DNA from: an uncultured Actinomycetes bacterium
GTDB taxonomy: Bacteria > Actinomycetota > Actinomycetes > S36-B12 > CAIYMF01
Assembly: GCA_963843975.1 (NCBI GenBank)
Contig: CAWJMG010000001.1
Span: 870,001-902,000 of the forward strand
Reading direction: 5' to 3'
Length of the DNA: 32,000 nt
Shown: piece by piece, positions 25,929 to 32,000 of the stretch
How positions within the stretch are numbered: position 1 is the stretch's first letter
Layout: the number at the start of each line of letters is the position of its first letter
Program-made: the position numbers and the translations under genes
The notes under the pieces: generated by a model
What the model saw: the letters and a program-made list of their open reading frames with translations, nothing else
What the model was told of the DNA's origin: nothing
Databases searched by the model: none

Positions 25929-26600
25929 GTAGAAATCGCCCTGTTCTGTGGGCTTTACGACCATACGGCGAGTTTCCTTGGTGCCCGATTCTCGCCTTTG
26001 GGCACCGTTCTGGACCGTTGCTTAGCCCACGTGGAGCCCACGGCTGCGGGGATACCGCAGCAGCGGTCTCGCATCAGGGTCTTGGTCAGCGGGCGTTCGG
26101 GTGCGGCGGGAAAGTTGCGCTCCAGCGCCAGTGCGGTGTGACGTGCTCAAACCGTTCGCCCGGCGCCCCCGCCGCAACACCAGCCCCACCTGGATGGGCG
26201 TCGGGGGCTTCCGGCGGGGGCCCTACAGGCGGGGCGACGATCGTGATAGCGAGTAGCGGCGGAGCGACCGCGCAGACGGTGCCTGTCGGTGCGTGCGGGC
26301 CCTGTACCCGTTTGGGTGAGTCTTCCCTCCGCAGTGTACGCATCGGCCCACGTCCCCAGCCGGTTTGAGCGGACACCTCGACCCGACCCCGCCTCAGGCT
26401 GCCGACCAAGCCTGGCAACGTGCCGTTGTCTACCGCCAGCCGCTCACCGACCCCGGCGCCCCTCGTCGACGTCGGGGGCCAACCCACGAGCCAACGAGTC
26501 GGTGGTTGGGGACACCTCAGGCACGTCGCTCGTCGTTGTCTGTGGTCGCCGCCGGGCCGGTGATCACGGCGTGGCCAGCAGCGGGGCCGGACGAGGGCTC

Positions 26601-27686
26601 CTAGAAGTCTTCGTCGAGGGAGAACGCGCCGCCGACGGCGACCTGATAGGCGCTGACGCGTCGTTCGAAGAAGTTGGACAGTTCCTGGACGTCTTGGAGC
26701 TCCATGAACGCGAACGGGTTGGTGCTGCCGTAGATCGGTTCCAGTCCGAGCTGTTCGAGGCGGCGGTCAGCGACATGCTCGAGGTACTGCCGCATGTCGA
26801 TCGTGGACATCCCCGCGACGCCCTGGCCCAGAAGGTCCTGCGCGAACGTGGCCTCGCACTCGACCGCGTCGGTGAGCATCTGGCCAACTCGGTCGGCGAG
26901 GTCGGTGTCGAAGAGGTCGGGTTCCTCTTCCCGAGCGGCGGCGACCACGTCGAGGGCGAAGGCCATGTGCATGGACTCGTCGCGGAACACCCAGTTGGTT
27001 CCTGAGGCTAGTCCGTGGAGCAGACCGCGTGAGCGCAGGAAGTAGACGTAGGCGAAGGCACCGTAGAAGAACAGGCCCTCGATGCAGGCAGCGAAGCAGA
27101 TCACGTTGAGCAGGAACGCCTTGCGGTCCTCTCGTGTCTCCAACCGTGTGAGGTCGGCGAGGGAGTTGATCCAGCGGAAGCAGAACTCCGCCTTGGCTCG
27201 AATGGAGGGGATGTTCTCCACCGCCGCGAACGCCTGCACCCGCTCTGCCTCGTCCGGAAGGTAGGTGTCGAGGAGGTTGAGGTAGAACTGGACGTGCACG
27301 GCCTCCTCGAAGAGTTGCCGCGAGAGGTAGAGCCGAGCCTCGGGTGCGTTGATGTGCTGGTAGAGGTTGAGTACCAGGTTGTTGGCCACGATGGTGTCAC
27401 CGGTGGCGAAGAACGCGACGAGGCGGTTCACCAGGTGCCGTTCGGCGGTGCTGAGCTTGGCGAGGTCGGCCAGGTCGTTGTGCAGGTCGACCTCCTCGAC
27501 GGTCCAGGTGTTCTTGATCGCGTCCTTGAACCGGTCGAAGAACTGCGGGTAGCGCATCGGGCGCAGGGTGAGGTCCAGGCCCGGGTCGAGCAGGAGCCTG
27601 CGCTCCCGTGGTTCGGTGGTGATCTTCGCGTCGCTGGGTCGTGCTGCTCCCGGGCGGACGTCGGTCACGGGCTCGGTCGTGGTCAT
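26601..27686 (-). CDS. nrdB: ribonucleoside-diphosphate reductase beta subunit (class I, Tyr-radical type)
   Basis: MTTTEPV... start at 27686. Metal and radical motif EEAVHVQFY (Tyr at His+4), ...RDESMH..., C-terminal SLDEDF. Confidence 0.92.
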   Translation of the reverse strand: MTTTEPVTDVRPGAARPSDAKITTEPRERRLLLDPGLDLTLRPMRYPQFFDRFKDAIKNTWTVEEVDLHNDLADLAKLSTAERHLVNRLVAFFATGDTIVANNLVLNLYQHINAPEARLYLSRQLFEEAVHVQFYLNLLDTYLPDEAERVQAFAAVENIPSIRAKAEFCFRWINSLADLTRLETREDRKAFLLNVICFAACIEGLFFYGAFAYVYFLRSRGLLHGLASGTNWVFRDESMHMAFALDVVAAAREEEPDLFDTDLADRVGQMLTDAVECEATFAQDLLGQGVAGMSTIDMRQYLEHVADRRLEQLGLEPIYGSTNPFAFMELQDVQELSNFFERRVSAYQVAVGGAFSLDEDF

Positions 27687-27753
27687 AGGTCTCTCACTCG
27701 TCAAGTAGTGGATCGAGCAGGGGTGGACCGCGGGCGTGCTCGCCGACCTGCAG

Positions 27754-30217
27754 TTACTGACAGGCCTCGCAGGACTCCGGGTTCTCCAGCGAGCACGACA
27801 CGGCGGCCGGGTCTGCGTCGATGAGCGACATCGTCTGATCAGCTGGGGCACTCATGGGTTCGTCGCTTCGGGCGCGGCCGACGGAAACGGTGGCCTGCTG
27901 GATGCGGGTTGCCGGGCGTGATCGCAGGTAGTACGTCGTCTTGAGCCCTGTTCGCCACGCGTGCAGGTACATCGAGGAGAGCTTCCCGATGGACGGGGTG
28001 GACAGGAACAGGTTGAGCGACTGGCTCTGGTCGATGTAAGGCTGGCGTGCGGCCGCGAGCTCGATCAGCGCTTTCTGCGGGAGTTCCCAGGCGGTGCGGA
28101 ACAGGTGCCGGACATCGGCCGGGACCGTGTTCAGGTCCTGCACGGAGCCGTTGTCACGCTTGATCACCGAGCGGGTGTCCTCGGTCCAGGCCCCGTGTCG
28201 TTTCAGGGCTGCGACCAAGGCGGTGTTGATCTGCAGGAACTCCCCGGAGAGGGTCTCGCGCTTGAACACGTTGGACACCTGGGGCTCGATGCATTCGTAG
28301 CACCCAGCGATGCTCGCGATCGTCGCGGTCGGGGCGATCGCGACCAGCAGCGAGTTGCGCAGGCCTGACGCGGCGACGCGGTCCCGAAGCGCGGCCCAGC
28401 GCTCGGCTTGGGTGACCGAGACGCCGTAGTGGTCCAGGTGCAGCACACCGCGCGCCGCACGGGTCTGGGAGTAGGCCGGGTGCGGGCCGTGGAGCTCGGC
28501 GAGCTCGGCCGAGGTCTCCAGCGCGGTGAGGTAAACCTCCTCCGCGATCACGGTCGACAGGGTTCGTGCCTGGTCGCTGTCGAAGGGCAGGCCGAGGGCG
28601 AAGAACACGTCCTGCAGACCCATGACACCCAGGCCCACGGGCCGCCAGCGCGGGTTGCTGGCCCGCGCCTGGGTGCTCGGGTAGTAGTTGATGTCGATCA
28701 CGCGGTCCAGGAACCGCACCGCGGTGCGCACGGTCGCGCGGAAGCTTGGGCCAGTCCAACGTCGATGCAGCCTGGTCGAGGTGGACGGCGAGGTTGACCG
28801 AGCCGAGATTGCATACCGCCGTCTCGGTGTCGTTGGAGACTTCCAGGATCTCGGTGCACAGGTTCGACAGGTGCACCACGTTGGGCGGCTCGGCGGTCTG
28901 GTTGCAGGTGCGGTTGGCGGCGTCCTTGAACGTCATCCACCCGTTGCCGGTCTGGGCCAGGGTGCGCATCATCTTGCTGTAGAGGTCGCGGGCCTTCACC
29001 GTCCGCACGACACGTCCGGCCGCTTCCGCGCGGCGGTAGGCCTCGTCGAAGTCCGCCCCCCACAGGTCCACGAGCTCCGGAGCCTGGGAGGGGTCGATCA
29101 GCGACCAGTCCTGATCGGCCTCGACGCGGCGCATGAACTCGTCCGGGATCCAGTTGGCGAGGTTGAGGTTGTGCGTGCGTCGGGCATCCTCGCCGGTGTT
29201 GTCGCGCAGCTCGAGGAACTCCTCGATATCGGGGTGCCAGGTCTCCAGGTACACACACGCCGCACCCTTGCGCCGCCCGCCCTGGTTCACCGCCGCGACC
29301 GACGCGTCCAACGTCCGAAGCCAGGGCACGATGCCGTTCGAGTGCCCGTTCGTCCCGCGGATCAGCGCACCCCTCCCGCGCACCCGTGACCACGAGATGC
29401 CGATACCGCCGGCGAACTTCGACAGCTTCGCGACCTGCGCGTACCGGTCGTAGATCGAGTCGAGCTCATCACGCGGGGAGTCCAGCAAGTAGCAGGAGGA
29501 CATCTGGGAGTGCCGCGTGCCGGAGTTGAACAGCGTCGGTGAGCTCGGCAAGTACGCCAGCGACGACATCAACCGGTAGAACTCGATCGCGTCCGCCGGC
29601 GTCGTGGCCAGACCGCACGCCACCCGCAGCAACCAGTACTGCGGGGTCTCGACCACAACCCGGTCGATCGGGTGACGAAGCAGGTAGCGGTCATAGACCG
29701 TGCGCAAGCCGAAGTACTCGAAGCGCTGGTCCTCCTCCGGTGTGATCGCATGATCGAGCTTGCGAGCGTTCTGCGCCACGAACTGCGCCGTCGCGTCACC
29801 GATCAACCCCTCCCGATGACCCAGCACCACGCTCTGACTGAACGACGCGATGCCCTGGCCACGGACCTCCTTGTCGATCACCCCAGCGAGCAGGCGCGCC
29901 GCCAGCAGCGAGTACTGCGGCTCCTCCCCCACCAACTCCGCGGCGGTCTGGATCGAGAGCCGGTCCAGCTCGACCGTCGTCGCGCCATCGAACAGGCCAC
30001 TGATCGTCCTGGTCGCTACCCTCAATGGATCGACGTCATCAAGATCGAGGGCGCAGCGCTCAACCGCGCGCACGATCTTGTTCACGTCGACCAGTTCGAG
30101 GTCACCGTTGCGCTTGCGGACCTGCATCTGGTGCCGACGCATCGGCGCAGCACCGAGGGGTGGGGTGTCCTCGACGTGCACCGTGGCAGTGGTCGAGTCG
30201 ACGGATACTGAAGACAC
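27754..30217 (-). pseudogene. nrdA: ribonucleoside-diphosphate reductase alpha subunit (class Ia) carrying a +1 frameshift (or a sequencing error)
   Basis: GTG 30217 follows gaggagagag. The N-terminal frame is good through ...CNLGSVNLAVHLDQAASTLDWPKL. The C-terminal frame resumes at RATVRTAVRFLDRVIDINYYP and ends ...ENPESCEACQ*. The junction is at about 28738..28747. Confidence 0.85.
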
Positions 30218-30354
30218 GGGCTCTCTCCTCGTGAGCGCGGACCACAAGGTCCACGCCAGCGCGAGAGACAGCGAGCACAACCTGCCCATCACGGCAGACG
30301 TGTCCCTGAGCCCCTCCCACGAAGGCCGCGGACCACCCGCACGCGACGCGCGCG

Positions 30355-30554
30355 GGGAGGTGGCAGGTCTTCGGACTCGTGGGCATGACCACTGTCGTGA
30401 TCGCCTACCGGCCATCGCTTCCCAGACACCCAGCGGCGCCCAGTGCTTCGTTGACGGCTTTCGTTCCCACTCACCGCTGCGGGGCAGTCCCGGACTTGCA
30501 CCGGGTTCCCTCTTGCGACGACCCCCCTGGCTGACGGGCCGAACCAACCTCGGA
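30355..30554 (-). promoter_or_regulatory. cobalamin (B12) riboswitch in the nrdAB leader
   Basis: The minus strand contains agagggaacccggtgcaagtccgggactgccccgcagcggtgag, cactgg...ctgggaagcg and the B12 box agtccgaagacctgcc (plus-strand 30361..30377). A P1-like pairing gaggt(t)gg / ccacctc is possible. Confidence 0.85.
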
Positions 30555-30556
30555 AC

Positions 30557-30604
30557 GGACGATATCTAGTGGCGGCAGGTTGTCACGGCATCAACATGTT
30601 GTGG
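30557..30604 (-). promoter_or_regulatory. two tandem NrdR-box-like 16-mers overlapping the nrdAB promoter
   Basis: The minus strand has CCACAACATGTTGATG (30604..30589) and CCACTAGATATCGTCC (30572..30557). By hand count they match 10 and 11 of 16 positions of the acaCwAtATaTwGtgt consensus. The centres are 32 bp apart. Confidence 0.55.
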
Positions 30605-31249
30605 GCGTGTCGCGGTTCAGCACCTCGCCGCTTACGGCGCGCCGACCCGCCGCCCGAACCCGGCGAGGGATCGATCGGCTCGACCACCCCAAGGTCGTTG
30701 CGTCGAGGGAAGGCGATCACTGATTCCGGCTCCCGTAGGCGTGCACGCCCGTTCCATCACCTCCGTTCCCACCGGTTCCATCACCTCGGGAGGACCGGAC
30801 ACCCATCCCCGGATCGCGCCCTGGACCACCGCGACGAGTTCGGCCGCTGGCGTGACCACCCTCACGAACCGGCACCGACGCAGCAGCCGTCCATGGTCCT
30901 GCGCACGCTCGATGAACTCGCAGGCGCCGGCGCCTGGGCCTTCTCTTTGGCGAAGACGACCGCGGAGCACTCCACCGGTCAGCGCAACGGTGGCCTGGCG
31001 TGGTCATCTGATGATCCGGCGGATCAGTTCTTCGCGGCTGAGACAGAACCCACGCGGCCCCGCGGCGCTCTGCCCGGCCGCCGCCGGACGCCTCCGGTGC
31101 CAGGCCGGCACACGCTCTTCCCTGGAACGCTGCAGACAGAGGATGCGCACAACGCGGACGGAGAGACCTTGGCGGATCCGTGCACAAGAGCACGCACCCA
31201 GGCCCGCCAGAGTCGGGACGGCTACCCGCTCCCGAGCCCCGGAGGACCC

Positions 31250-31834
31250 GTGCCCCGCCCCGCCACCCGCCGCATCCCCAGCCGCGACCTCGCCCTCATC
31301 GCCGTGTTCGCCGGGGTCACGCAACCCTCGGCCTTGTACCGGCTGTGTTCGTCCCCGGGTTCCCCGCACCCATCACCCTGCAGTCGTGCCGTCCTGGGCG
31401 CGCGTCGCGGCACCCTGGCGGTGCTGCTGTTCCTGGCACTGGTCGCCCTGGGCCTCCCCCTGCTCGCGGGCGGACGAGGCGGGCTGGGGGTGTTCGCCAC
31501 GCCCTACGCCGGGTTCCTGTGGGCGTTCCCCCTCGCCGCACTCACCGTCGGCTACCTCACCGAGCAGCGCGGGGCGCCGTACCGGCTGCGCTGGGGCATC
31601 CCGTTCAACATCGTCGGTTCGCTCGTGCTGTACCTCGGCGGCTGGATCAGCCTCATGGTCATCGGAGGCAGCGCCCCGCTCGCCGGATTCGCGCTGCTCG
31701 TCATCTACATCCCCGCGGACCTGGTCAAGATGTGCCTGGCCGCCCTGCTCGCCCGCGGCGTCCACCAGGCTCTGCCAGACCTGCTGCCCACCGAGCCCGC
31801 CTCCACGCCCGAAGTCCGTCCGGTGCGCGCCTGA
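31250..31834 (+). pseudogene. bioY: BioY family biotin transporter S-component with an internal out-of-frame segment (likely degraded)
   Basis: GTG 31250 follows ggagga. The flanks are BioY-like (DLALIAVFAG ... AVLGARRGTLAVLLFLALVALGLPLLAGGRGG...PADLVK). Codons at about 31322..31387 read nonsense in frame, but the -1 frame there reads TLGLVPAVFVPGFPAPITLQS. Confidence 0.7.
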
Positions 31835-32000
31835 GGGCGGCGGATCGACGTCCGGGCATCTCCCGCCAGGGGCTCGGCTGCGACCCGGCACCCGCGCCAA
31901 CCCCCGGCGTGTGGGACCACCACCAGCCCGAGGGAGACGGCCCGGATCGTCTGGTCGCGCGGGGCGCGCGGAGCGGTCCGGGGGGAGACAAGTCCGCGCC

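Noticed and set aside
28742-28747. An AAGCTT (HindIII) site exactly at the nrdA frameshift, considered as a possible cloning or engineering scar
   Set aside because: The junction does not have the form of a fill-in or linker scar. A single extra base in the adjacent GG run explains the shift, so the site is most likely coincidental.
30569-31249. N-terminal 227 codons of the 421-aa ORF that ends as bioY
   Set aside because: No membrane or known-domain character. BioY similarity begins only after GTG 31250, which has a ggagga RBS. The upstream part is an open-frame artefact.

Overview
High-GC, actinobacterial-type chromosomal window with about 27 protein genes, mostly housekeeping or accessory metabolism. 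Evidence for the taxon is indirect: an LAxTG sorting signal, an F420/LLM oxidoreductase, an alkB-rubredoxin fusion and a B12-riboswitch nrdAB operon. In order, the window holds: tandem paralogous secreted Asp-rich DxDxDG-repeat proteins; a SulP/STAS anion transporter; alkB-rubredoxin plus an overlapping TetR gene; a class IV aminotransferase; a minus-strand sqr / TusE-DsrC-like / DsrE-like sulfur operon; a GCS2-type ligase; a methyltransferase; an M20 amidohydrolase; pntAB plus an ABM protein; a thioester-domain LADTG surface protein; gluconokinase; an LLM oxidoreductase; a frameshifted alpha/beta hydrolase; an XRE-cupin regulator; a VOC protein; LtrA; a translationally coupled Mo-oxidoreductase / FNR-like reductase / four-Cys small-protein triad; nrdAB (nrdA frameshifted) behind tandem NrdR-like boxes and a cobalamin riboswitch; and a damaged bioY. 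The most unusual locus is a roughly 2-kb lower-GC islet (23884..25885). It is bracketed by outward-facing 3' halves of tRNA-Thr(CGU) and tRNA-Gly(CCC) and carries an overlapping pair: an excisionase-type HTH protein and a Pol-beta-fold nucleotidyltransferase-like protein. A 20-nt direct repeat sits on the first gene's start. I propose this pair as an AbiE-like toxin-antitoxin or defence candidate that I cannot place in a named family. All calls rest on reading the sequence and ORF translations by eye; no searches were run. Many long ORFs in the track are antisense or out-of-frame shadows typical of high-GC DNA and were discarded.
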